Shown: piece by piece, positions 1 through 8,700 of the stretch
Layout of the letters: each line of letters starts with the position of its first letter
Position numbering within the stretch: position 1 is the stretch's first letter
Assembly: GCA_000025185.1 (NCBI GenBank)
Contig: CP001848.1
Span: 5,310,001-5,342,000 of the forward strand
DNA length: 32,000 bases
Direction of reading: 5' to 3'
Source of the DNA: Pirellula staleyi DSM 6068
GTDB taxonomy: Bacteria; Planctomycetota; Planctomycetia; Pirellulales; Pirellulaceae
Notes under the pieces: model-generated
Told to the model about the DNA's origin: nothing
Seen by the model: the letters and a program-made list of their open reading frames with translations, nothing else
Database searches by the model: none
Made by a program: the position numbers and the translations under genes

Positions 1-165
1 TCGATCATGGGGAGACTCCAGGACATGGAAGACATGATGAGGCTGATTGCTCACACTGGTATCCATCCGGAAATCGGGGCCATCCTACCGATGCAGCACG
101 CTGCCGAAGGATTTCGCGCAATGTGGGAAGGTAGGCCCCAAGGGAAAATCGTCTTCACGCGATGA
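1..165 (+). CDS. 3' end of a medium-chain (zinc-type) dehydrogenase/reductase family gene; the 5' part lies outside the window
   Basis: Frame 1 is open from base 1 to TGA at 163-165. It reads ...MMRLIAHTGIHPEIGAILPMQHAAEGFRAMWEGRPQGKIVFTR*, which resembles the C-terminal tail of MDR alcohol dehydrogenase / quinone oxidoreductase proteins. Only 54 aa are visible, so the family call is tentative. It overlaps the convergent nhaA stop by 11 nt. Confidence 0.45.
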   Translation, partial: SIMGRLQDMEDMMRLIAHTGIHPEIGAILPMQHAAEGFRAMWEGRPQGKIVFTR

Positions 166-1534
166 CTTCAGCCGGGCGGCCGTCGCTTGGTCTAAGGAAA
201 TAGAGAAGCAAGCCTAGTCCGAAAATCGCGCTCACAGCCGAGCCAAGGAGCGTGCCAATTTTCCCGGCTGAGAGCTGCTCCGCGTCGAGCGCGAGCCCGG
301 CGATGAAGAGCGACATCGTAAAGCCAATGCCTGCCAGACAACCGGCTCCCAGGAGAATTTTCCAGTTCACTCCGCTGGGAAGTCGTGCGAGGCCGAGTTT
401 CACAGCTATCCAACTAAAGGCCACGATTCCTAGAGGTTTTCCGAGGATCAGGCCAGCAGCAACAGCGAGCGCGACCGAGTCTGTGACAGCGGCGAGTTCA
501 ATTTTTACACCAGCGTTCGCCAGAGCGAAGATAGGCATGATTCCGAATGCGACCCAAGGGTGGAGCGCTGTTTCCAAACGATCGAGTGGCGAGACCGTTT
601 CCCGGGCGGTGGTGGTCATCAGCTGAACCAACTCCTCGTGATCCACAGGGTGGTCGTGTTGGGGATCTTGGCCCAGCTTCAGCAAAACTACTCCCTCGGC
701 CAGGTTCACCAAGCTGCGCCGGGTAAACCAAGAGGCTGCTGGCGTGAGCAAGCCGAGAACCACTCCTGCAACCGTTGGGTGGACACCCGATTTCAGGAAG
801 GCCAGCCAGACGCCAGCTCCTAGTACGACATAAGCGGGGACTAGCCGAACCCCGATCCAGCGGAACAAGTAGATCACACCAAAACTGGCGATGCTGATGC
901 CCAGAAACAACAGCGATGTATTCGAGGTGTAAGCCACGGCGATAATCAGGATGGCCCCGATATCATCCACGATGGCCAGCGTGAGTAGCAGGATCTTCAG
1001 TCCGAAGGGAACGCGATTGCCGAGCAGAGTCAGAAACCCCACCACAAAAGCAATGTCGGTGGCCATAGGTATGCCCCAGCCTTTCACTCCCGGTCCCCCG
1101 CCTTCTACGAAGTAGTAAACGGCAGCGGGAACAATCATTCCCCCTAGAGCAGCTGCGGCTGGCAGAGCTACCTTGCGAGGATCGCGAAGTTCGCCGAAGA
1201 CGATTTCGCGTTTGATCTCTAAACCAACGACGAAAAAAAAGAGCGTCATCAGCCCATCGTTGATCCAGAGCAAGAGCGGCTTGTAGAGTTCAAAGCGTCC
1301 TACAGTGAAACCGACACGCGTCTGCCAAAGCTGGGCATACCACTCTGACCAAGGCGAGTTGGCCACGATGAGAGCGAGGAGTGTGCAGGCCAACAGCACC
1401 ATGCCCCCCGACGTTTTGTTATGCAGAAATCGGTCGACGGGGCGTAGCCATGGTTCGATCAGCGTCTGGCGAGATTCCTGGGTCGGACCGGTGGGGTGAT
1501 GGGCATCTGGCAGCCACTCGGGGATCTTCATCAC
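155..1534 (-). CDS. nhaA: Na+/H+ antiporter NhaA
   Basis: 459-aa polytopic ORF with NhaA hallmark segments: FFFVVGLEIKRE, GWGIPMATDIAFVVGFLTLLG, and the paired-Asp helix LTLAIVDDIGAILIIAVAYT (compare E. coli FFLLVGLEVKRE and IIDDLGAIIIIA, recalled from memory). The start could be either of the two adjacent Met codons at 1534/1531. Confidence 0.93.
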   Translation of the reverse strand: MMKIPEWLPDAHHPTGPTQESRQTLIEPWLRPVDRFLHNKTSGGMVLLACTLLALIVANSPWSEWYAQLWQTRVGFTVGRFELYKPLLLWINDGLMTLFFFVVGLEIKREIVFGELRDPRKVALPAAAALGGMIVPAAVYYFVEGGGPGVKGWGIPMATDIAFVVGFLTLLGNRVPFGLKILLLTLAIVDDIGAILIIAVAYTSNTSLLFLGISIASFGVIYLFRWIGVRLVPAYVVLGAGVWLAFLKSGVHPTVAGVVLGLLTPAASWFTRRSLVNLAEGVVLLKLGQDPQHDHPVDHEELVQLMTTTARETVSPLDRLETALHPWVAFGIMPIFALANAGVKIELAAVTDSVALAVAAGLILGKPLGIVAFSWIAVKLGLARLPSGVNWKILLGAGCLAGIGFTMSLFIAGLALDAEQLSAGKIGTLLGSAVSAIFGLGLLLYFLRPSDGRPAEVIA

Positions 1535-1637
1535 AAGGCGCTCCGACTTGTTTCAGTTCTCTCCAAAGGAAAAACCACCCCGAGAACGAAACTCAAGTTC
1601 GACCGCATCGCCTCCCGCCCAGGCTGTGGGTCCGAGA

Positions 1638-2081
1638 TCATCGGCCGGACTCATTTTTGCGAGTGCCGGGGCTGGTGATCATTTTATCGGCGGCTCGAGG
1701 GACGGAACCCACCTTGAGCAGATTTTCTCCGTCGTTCAGCGGCTTAACGTGTCGGGCCTGCTCGTTGATCACGTCAGCTTCGCTGGATAAACCACCTTCT
1801 GCTTTCGTGGAGGTCGCATCAAGTTCGGCGGTTGGCGGTTGAGCAGGGGTTCGTCGCTGAAGCGGACCAGAATCGTGCCTATCCCCCGATTTTCCATGGA
1901 GCATGGTGACAGGAATACCTTGGGGAAAGACCACTTCGCGAGCCTCGTCTGGCATCGAAATGCCATGCTGCTGAAAAGCGAGTTTCACCAGACGAATTAC
2001 CGACGACCGCACCTTCAACCAGCTATGCTCGCGGCCATTGAGCCAGAAGAAAACCCGCAGATTAACCGTTGATGTCCCTAG
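1638..2081 (-). pseudogene. C-terminal fragment of an MscS-family mechanosensitive channel gene, separated from its 5' part by the IS insertion
   Basis: The minus-strand frame reads ...GTSTVNLRVFFWLNGREHSWLKVRSSVIRLVKLAFQQHGISMPDEAREVVFPQG... from the CTAG at 2078-2081 down to the stop at 1638-1640. This is the C-terminal alpha/beta domain typical of MscS-like proteins. It has no start of its own: the tracked ORF begins at a TTG. Confidence 0.8.
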
Positions 2082-2102
2082 AGCCTGTTATTGACTTATC
2101 TG
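2082..2102. repeat. Left terminal inverted repeat of the IS
   Basis: AGCCTGTTATTGACTT matches the reverse complement of the right end at 15 of the first 16 positions. Confidence 0.85.
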
Positions 2103-2125
2103 CTTGCAATTGCTGTAGTTAGGGG

Positions 2126-2584
2126 ATGAAACACACGACAGGGAAGTCGTATCCCAGCGACGTAACGGATGCGGAGTGGGAATTCCTGCTCCCTTACTTA
2201 AGCCTCATGCGCGAGGATGTGCCGCAGCGTTCCTATTCACTGCGCGACCAGTTTAACGCCATGCGCTACGTGGTGAAAACAGGAATCCAGTGGGACTTCC
2301 TGCCGCATGAAATGCCTCCGTGGCGGGCCGTCTATCAACAAATGCGACGCTGGTTCGAAGCGGGAGTCTTTGAGGAAATTGCGCAAGACCTCAGGCTGAT
2401 GGTGCGTCTTTTGGAAGGACGTGACGAACAGCCAACCGCTGTGATCATGGATGCGCGGACACTCCAATCGACGCCTGAAAGTGGTGGCCGCGCGGGATAC
2501 GACGGTGCGAAGAAAAAGAAGGGCCAATATTGCCGTCGATACACTGGGAAATCTGCTGGCGGTTTACATCACTGCAGCCAATGA
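2126..2584 (+). CDS. IS5-family transposase, upstream ORF (N-terminal DNA-binding part plus the first catalytic Asp)
   Basis: MKHTTGKSYPSDVTDAEWEFLLPYL...FNAMRYVVKTGIQWDFLPHEMPPWRAVYQQMRRWFEAGVFEEI...AVIMDARTLQSTPESGGRAGYDGAKKKKG is the typical N-terminal half of IS5/IS427-type transposases. The frame then degenerates after the A-rich tract at 2507-2525. Confidence 0.85.
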   Translation: MKHTTGKSYPSDVTDAEWEFLLPYLSLMREDVPQRSYSLRDQFNAMRYVVKTGIQWDFLPHEMPPWRAVYQQMRRWFEAGVFEEIAQDLRLMVRLLEGRDEQPTAVIMDARTLQSTPESGGRAGYDGAKKKKGQYCRRYTGKSAGGLHHCSQ

Positions 2585-2924
2585 GCAAGACCGCGACCAA
2601 GTCGCCATCCTCTCGCAGAGAGTGCAAGAGGTGACGGGCAGCAATGTGGAGATAGCGTACGTCGATCAAGGCTATACGGGCGCCGCAGCAGCCGAGCAGG
2701 CTGAAGCATCCTCGATAAGATTACAAGTTATAAAACATACCGAGACCAAGCGAGGCTTTGTCCTATTGCCACGCCGCTGGGTTGTTGAGCGCACCTTTGG
2801 TTGGCTGAGTCGCTTCCGCCGTCTCGCGCGTGATTATGAGAGACTCACCGTCACGCTCACCAACTTCCACTGGCTCGCCTTCCTCACCATACTCCTCGCA
2901 AAAATCTACAGACAAAGTCAATAA
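2451..2924 (+). CDS. IS5-family transposase, downstream ORF (DDE catalytic part); the meaningful part starts near 2508
   Basis: ...RKRRANIAVDTLGNLLAVYITAANEQDRD...IAYVDQGYTG...RRWVVERTFGWLSRFRRLARDYE carries the second Asp and the Glu of the DDE motif. It is in the +1 frame relative to the upstream ORF, with an overlap at 2451-2584. Confidence 0.85.
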   Translation: MRGHSNRRLKVVAARDTTVRRKRRANIAVDTLGNLLAVYITAANEQDRDQVAILSQRVQEVTGSNVEIAYVDQGYTGAAAAEQAEASSIRLQVIKHTETKRGFVLLPRRWVVERTFGWLSRFRRLARDYERLTVTLTNFHWLAFLTILLAKIYRQSQ

Positions 2925-2930
2925 CTGGCT
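2909..2930. repeat. Right terminal inverted repeat of the IS
   Basis: The reverse complement, AGCCAGTTATTGACTTTGTCTG, pairs with 2082-2102. Confidence 0.85.
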
Positions 2931-3996
2931 CTAGGCTCTCGACCAGCACCGATGGCTCGGGGTCGTTCAGAACGGCTGGATGGTCCGCCAACACTTTCCG
3001 TGCAATTTCCTGCGCCTCGTTGATCGAATCATCGTAGCCAATACCAACGCCAAAGTCCTCGCGCCGGTTGACGTTCGTGGTGAAGTTGCGGAGGTTGCTT
3101 TTGTAGACAGTAGAGTTCGGGATCTGCACAAGATTGCCATCGAGTGTCATCAGGATGGTGGTTCGCACATTCAGTTGCTGCACATAACCGGTGACTCCCG
3201 TCACCTCGACCAAGTCACCTGTCTCGAACGGACGCTGCATGCTGAGGAAGATGCTGGCCAGAAAATTCTCGGTAATGTCACGAAAGGCAATTCCAACGGC
3301 CAAACCGACCAGTCCCGTACCTCCCACCACCGTCAGTGCTAGTTGGGTCAAGCCGGAGACTCGCAGAATGATGTAGACGCCCAAGAGCAAAACCAACACA
3401 CCCACGGATCGGGCCATCACATTTCGCAGCAAATTGGCCCGGACTCTTGCGAGAAGAAAACTCCGCGCAGCGCGGGTAGCCAGCACTCCAGCGATGGCAA
3501 AGAGCGCCAGAATAAGTAGTCCAAAGAAGAAAAAGGGGAGCGAGCGAATGACATCGCGCCACAGGACAAGCAATCCACTCGAGGCAGGACTGAAATCCCA
3601 CACTGATGGTTCTAGCACTTCCATCCGATTTGCCACGGCGACCACATCCTGAGTGTTCCGTGCCAAATCGCCAGCCCATTTTTTGAGTTCATCGGTCTCG
3701 GCCCCACCATTCAGAAAGACGACCCCTTCGCGAACCTCAATTCGAGGTTCGATAAACCACCCGGTGGCATCGAGCACACTCTGAAGTCGCTTGCCAATTT
3801 CTTCATCGCGAGCGACGGGCTTGATGTCCACCTTCGCAGTTGCCGGGGCGAGGTCTTCTTTCTCATGAGCCGAGACTCTCGATGGAGTGTCGGCCGCGCG
3901 CTCCGGCGACTGTGCCACGAGAGTCGTCGAAAGTGGGCCGCAAGCGCCGAAGACCAGCGTCACGGTTAACATGACGCGACAGCAATAGCCGACCAT
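2931..3996 (-). pseudogene. N-terminal ~354 codons of the IS-disrupted MscS-family mechanosensitive channel gene (BON-like periplasmic region, TM helices, MscS beta-domain)
   Basis: Signal-like N-terminus, then a BON-like segment (KRLQSVLDATGWF...VREGVVFLNGGAETDELKKWAGDLARNTQDVVAVANRMEV). Three or more TM helices follow, then the conserved MscS core FETGDLVEVTGVTGYVQQLNVRTTILMTLDGNLVQIPNSTVYKSNLRNFT. The tracked ORF (2884-3996) runs on into the IS and picks up 17 foreign codons before a stop. Confidence 0.85.
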
Positions 3997-4041
3997 GATT
4001 CGTCTCCGGCGATGCTGCTACGTTCACGGCCCCATCGAGTA

Positions 4042-4413
4042 CTAGCCCGATGAACCCAGGGTAATGGAGCGATCTTCGGCATGTGCAGCCCGAGGCTGAG
4101 CCGTCAACTCGGCAGGAGTCGATTCGGCAGCGGACTCTCCACCAGAGAGCTGCAGATCTTCCAGCGAGCATTTGAGAATAAGATTGTCAGTGGCGCTCGA
4201 TACCTCGCTAATTGGGATGTGAATGGCCTGTGTTCCAAACCAAGGCCGCTTGAGCTTCAGCTCGTCCAAGATCGCCCGATTGAGATTGACTTCCAAAGTC
4301 ACTAAGTGCCATGTCTCAATATCGACAGACATGTCGGCAACGGTACCAATATTACGACCTTGTTGGTCGATCATATTAAGGCCAATCAGATTTGTAACCT
4401 TCGATTTTGTCAT
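4042..4413 (-). CDS. PRC-barrel domain protein
   Basis: MTKSKVTNLIGLNMIDQQGRNIGTVADMSVDIETWHLVTLEVNL...IHIPISEVSSATDNLILKCSLEDL fits the PRC-barrel pattern: an 'L.G..V.d..G..iG.v.d...d....v..l.v' N-terminus with the later 'ipv..v......i.l'. I chose the internal ATG at 4411-4413 because AAGGA lies 8 nt upstream. The ORF is open back to 4467. It ends 45 nt upstream of the MscS start, so co-transcription is likely. Confidence 0.6.
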   Translation of the reverse strand: MTKSKVTNLIGLNMIDQQGRNIGTVADMSVDIETWHLVTLEVNLNRAILDELKLKRPWFGTQAIHIPISEVSSATDNLILKCSLEDLQLSGGESAAESTPAELTAQPRAAHAEDRSITLGSSG

Positions 4414-4547
4414 TTTCAGATCCTTAAAGAATAGATTCGACAGTTGAGAGCGTCTAAAGAGAGTCAATTAGTAGATGGAACATGCACCACTATTGAGTAG
4501 TGGTTATTCCAGGGTGTGTTAGGGATCTCGATCGATACGTGAATTAC

Positions 4548-4572
4548 CTGTCGATGCGACACGCATCGACAG
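4548..4572. other. Perfect 11-bp-stem hairpin / 25-nt palindrome
   Basis: CTGTCGATGCG-ACA-CGCATCGACAG has no mismatch. It lies in the non-coding region ~80-135 nt upstream of the PRC-barrel gene. No U-run follows on either strand. Confidence 0.6.
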
Positions 4573-4715
4573 CGACCATCATCAGCGACATTACAGTGAA
4601 AACTGAATGGATATAGAGACCTATTACTCGGCTCTAGGGTGGAAGAATGCTTACAATCGGCGCGCACTATGACACTCTTGGGGTGTAGGGCAAACAAAGC
4701 TGAAGCCTGGCAAGA

Positions 4716-4767
4716 AACAAAAAAAGCCGGTGTGATGGAATCCTTTGGGTATTCCAAGACACCGGCT
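4716..4767 (-). terminator. Rho-independent terminator (minus strand)
   Basis: On the minus strand: AGCCGGTGT-ctt-GGAAT-acccaaagg-ATTCC-atc-ACACCGGCT, followed directly by TTTTTTT (the complement of the A-run at 4719-4725). This is a 9-bp outer stem plus a 5-bp inner stem. Confidence 0.75.
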
Positions 4768-5098
4768 TACTATTCAACGAGCCTTCTGGTCTCCCAGTCT
4801 GCTCTTCAATTAGTCATCCGAACCAATTCGCAGCGACGTGCACTGCGACGCCTCTGCCAACCGCTGTCATTATCGCAGTCGCTCCCAAGAAGGCAATGGT
4901 TCGCTCATTAATGTGGTCGCAACAGCTGTCACAGGAGCGCTGCCGAAGAAGCGTAAACCTTGTTTCCTGAAGGGATCGAAGCGTCCAGCGTAAATCCCCC
5001 TTCACTTGCCACCGCCCCTAGAGCTCTCGGTTATTCCAAACGAGGCTGAATAATCTGAAAAACTGGTTCCGTCAGACGGACTAGCTCAAGGTGATGGC

Positions 5099-5311
5099 TC
5101 ACGAACCTTGGATGGCTTCTTTCATGTCTTGGCCTGCCTCTTTGACAGCATCGCCAGCGTCTTCGGCGGCATCACGAAGTTCTTCGTTGGGGCGGGCATC
5201 AATCGCATCCTTGATTCCGTTGGGCTGGTTGGAGTCTGACTTCTGCCCACAGCCCGACAGGATGAGAAGCGTGCTGGCGATAAGCAGGTAGCGATGCAAA
5301 TTCAGTTTCAT
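5099..5311 (-). CDS. Small secreted lipoprotein (70 aa), acidic helical C-terminal part
   Basis: MKLNLHRYLLIASTLLILSGC|GQKSD... is a signal peptide with lipobox L-S-G-C. The remainder is charged and helical (DAIDARPNEELRDAAEDAGDAVKEAGQDMKEAIQGS). The longer tracked ORF (5099-5692) has no protein-like N-terminal part. Confidence 0.6.
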   Translation of the reverse strand: MKLNLHRYLLIASTLLILSGCGQKSDSNQPNGIKDAIDARPNEELRDAAEDAGDAVKEAGQDMKEAIQGS

Positions 5312-5697
5312 GTTTATGCTCTTTTGGGGAGGGCCGGGGCTAGTGACAGAATCGACTGTAGCAAGAACGTGAAAAATTAGCCCGAGCAGTATCTTCGGAA
5401 TCGCAAACAGGCTCCGAGTTCTGCAGAGCCGAGCGCGGGTGGTTTTTCCTGAGAAAATATCGCGGCGTAATGCATGCAAGAAATCGTGCGTGCAAACCCG
5501 AGAGAAAGGTCGGTTTGGAAGGGCTGAATCAATTTTTTTCCCGCCATGGCCGTTCTCTGCCGGTTCTGCGGGACATTGGGCCGACAAATTCGTAGCGTGA
5601 TCCGGGCCCCCCAATAGAATAAGAGGGAGGGACAACCACCCGCTTGTCGGCCACTGGCTGTGTCGTCGGCCGCCAGTGCGAAGATTAGCCAAGGACG

Positions 5698-5784
5698 GTT
5701 ACTCGCAGCGCGTGTCACAGCGACCGTGGGGGCGTCCTAAGTTCTTGTCGGCGATTGCCGTCGGCTCTTTGAGTTACTCGCAGC
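5698..5784 (+). repeat. Two exact copies of a 12-nt direct repeat upstream of the giant repeat-protein gene
   Basis: GTTACTCGCAGC occurs at 5698-5709 and 5773-5784. The second copy ends 15 nt before the ATG at 5800. CTTGTCGGC is also duplicated, at 5643-5651 and 5744-5752. Confidence 0.6.
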
Positions 5785-5799
5785 TGAGAAACTGGAACC

Positions 5800-8700
5800 A
5801 TGCCCCAGCAGAATCGTCGAACTGTTCGCACCGATCGCCAGAAGCAGAGTGCACGTCAGCGTTGCGCAAAGGTGCAGGCTCGAAAATTTTTGTTCGAGAA
5901 CCTGGAACAGCGCACCGTGCTGGCTAGTTCGATTACTGGGGCTGTTTACCTAGACGCCAACAACGATGGTGTGCGGGGAGCGAGCGAAGTGGGGGTTCCC
6001 GGGGTGCAAATCACCCTGACTGGCACCGACAGCAGCAATAACAGTGTGACGCGAACGACGCTTACCTCTAACACTGGGTCATGGTCGTTTGAAGGTTTGG
6101 CAACTGGCACTTATACCGTCAGCGAGCGTCAGCCAACGGCGATGCTGGATGGCAAAGATGCATCGGCTTTCAGTGGCAGCGTGGTGGGAAGCGATACGAT
6201 CTCGAGCATTGTGCTGGGGGCCGATCAAGCCGCGTCGGGGCTGAACTTTGGCGAGCGTGGCATTCTGCCGCAATACATTGGTCCGCAGTGGCAGTTTGCT
6301 TCGTCGGGTTCGCAAGAGGCCTTGTTCCGCGAGACGATTGCACAAGCGGAGGCTCTCGCTGGAAATACAGATCTAGCGGCTCAGATTCGCGCAGGAAGTG
6401 GCACGAGCACCAACGTTGCGCCGGTCGGCACGAGCGACACCTACAGCACGACTCCTGGCACCGCTATCACAATTACAGCAGCCAATGGTGTGCTGGCCAA
6501 CGACACCGATGCCAATGGCAACACGCTCACTGCTTCGCTGGTGGGGAACGTGACCAACGGCACACTGACGCTCAACGCCAATGGTTCCTTCACCTACACG
6601 CCGAACGCCAATTTCAGCGGCACCGATACTTTTACTTATCGCGCCAGCGATGGTTCGCTCACATCCGGCGTAACGACGGTCACCATCACCGTCGCTGCCA
6701 CCAACACTGCGCCGGTGGCGACAGCCGATTCGTACAACGCCACCGAAGATACTCCGCTGACCGTGGCCGCCGCTTCCGGGGTGCTGGCCAACGACACCGA
6801 CGCGCAGAACAACACCCTCACGGCGAGCGTTGTCGCTGGTCCTACGAGTGGCACGCTGACCCTGAACGCCAACGGTTCGTTCACCTACACGCCGAACGCC
6901 AATTTCAGCGGCATCGATACGTTTACCTATCGGGCGAGCGATGGAAGTTTGAATTCAGCCAACACGACTGTCACCATCACCGTCGCGCCGGTCAACGATC
7001 CACCGGTGGCGGGGAATGATTCGTACAGCACCACCACCGACACAGCACTCACGGTCCCGGTGGCGACCGGCATTCTTGCCAACGATACCGATGTCGAGAA
7101 CAGCACGCTCACAGCCACCGTGGTTGCGCAGCCAGCCAGCGGCACTCTGACACTCAATGCCAACGGCTCGTTCACCTACACACCCAATACAGGGTTCACT
7201 GGCACCGATACGTTTACCTATCGGGCCAATGATGCAGCCGCCGACTCGGGTGTTGCCACCGTTACTATCACGGTGGCTGCGCCCAATGCAGCCCCGGTCG
7301 CCGTCGCCGACAATTACAACGCCACCGAAGACACCGCGCTCACCATCAATGCAGCTGCAGGGGTGCTGGCAAACGATACCGACAGCGATAGCGATCCGCT
7401 CACCGCTACGATCGTCGCGCAGCCCACGAGTGGCACCTTGACCTTGAATGCCGATGGGTCGTTCACCTATACCCCCAGCGCGAACTTCAACGGCACCGAC
7501 ACGTTCACCTATCGCGCCAGCGATGGGACGGTAAACTCGCCAGTCGCCACCGTCACGATCACCGTGGCGGCTGTCAACGATCCCCCTGTGGCGAGTAACG
7601 ATAACTACTCGACCGCCGAGGATACGCCCCTCACCATCGCCGCGCCTGGCGTCCTCGGAAACGATACCGATGTCGATGGCAACACGCTCACCGCTATCGT
7701 CGTGACTCAGCCCACGAGTGGCACACTCACGCTCAATGCCAACGGCTCCTACACGTATACCCCCACCTCTGGCTTCAACGGTACCGATACGTTTACGTAC
7801 AAAGCCAACGATGGGACTGCCGACTCAAACACTGCCACGGTAACAATTGTCGTCGGCACAGCGAATCAAACACCGGTCGCCGTCGCCGATAGCTACAACG
7901 CCACCGAAGACACCACGCTGACCGTGAATGTGGCAAGTGGTGTTCTGGCCAACGATACCGATGGCAACAACGACACGCTGATGGCGGCAGTTGTGACAGG
8001 CCCCACCAGCGGAACGTTAACGCTCAATGCGAATGGATCGTTCTCCTACACACCAAACGCCAACTTCAGCGGCACGGATACCTTCACCTACACAGCGAGC
8101 GATGGTCAGGCGACATCGAGTGCTGTTGTCGTCACGATCACCGTAGCGGCTGTCAACGACGCGCCAGTGGCGACCGAAGATTCCTATACCACCGCGGAAG
8201 ATACTGCGCTCACCATTGCCGTCCCGGGTGTGCTGACCAACGATACCGATGTCGAAGGGACTTCGCTCACCGTGGTGGTGGTCGATCAGCCGGTGCACGG
8301 CACACTCACTCTCAATCCCAACGGCTCGTTTACTTACATGCCGTTCCTGAACTTCTCGGGAACCGACACCTTCACATACCGCGCTAGCGATGCGACAAGT
8401 GAGTCGAACCTAGCGACCGTCACGATCACCGTGACCGCTGAAAACGATCCCCCTGTCGCCACCAACGACACCTACACCGTCGATGAAGATGCAGCGCTCA
8501 CCGTCAACGCTGCGTCGGGAGTTTTGGATAACGACACCGATGCCGAGGACAGCACGCTCACCGCTGCTGTGGTTGATCAGCCGACAAACGGCACGCTGAC
8601 GCTGATTAGCGACGGTTCGTTCACCTACACTCCCGATGCGAATTTCAGCGGCACTGATTCGTTCACCTATCGCGCCAATGACGGAACGGCCGAGTCGAAT

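Larger units (their letters stand above)
2082..2930 (+). mobile_element. IS5-family insertion sequence (small, IS427-like size class), 849 bp, flanked by a 4-bp CTAG target duplication
   Basis: Imperfect terminal inverted repeats: AGCCTGTTATTGACTTATCTG at 2082-2102, and the reverse complement of 2909-2930, AGCCAGTTATTGACTTTGTCTG. CTAG lies directly outside both ends (2078-2081 and 2931-2934). Because CTAG is palindromic, the exact IR/duplication boundary is ambiguous by 1-2 nt. Internally there are two overlapping transposase ORFs that together carry a DDE triad. The element interrupts an otherwise continuous MscS reading frame. Confidence 0.9.

Noticed and set aside
4814-5005. 63-codon minus-strand ORF in the AT-richer spacer.
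   Set aside because: It has a GTG start and no ribosome-binding site, and its composition is unlike the local genes. I cannot support it as coding. The region is flagged instead as possible non-coding RNA or 3' UTR.
4630-5024. IS-end-like 9-10-mers. GGCTCTAGGG at 4630-4639 is the reverse complement of CCCTAGAGCC, and CCCTAGAGC lies at 5016-5024. Both match the left junction of the IS (2076-2085). I considered a MITE or solo-IR remnants.
   Set aside because: Similarity to the IS terminal repeat does not extend convincingly beyond the shared 9-10 nt. The two copies also face outward rather than inward, so they do not delimit an element. They may just reflect the CTAG-containing target preference. 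This would need a genome-wide check.
5312-5718. N-terminal extension of the lipoprotein ORF (5099-5692) and ORF 5377-5718.
   Set aside because: The extension is not protein-like (P/G/R-rich) and would bury the obvious signal peptide/lipobox 127 residues into the protein. This is treated as intergenic promoter space shared with the giant gene.
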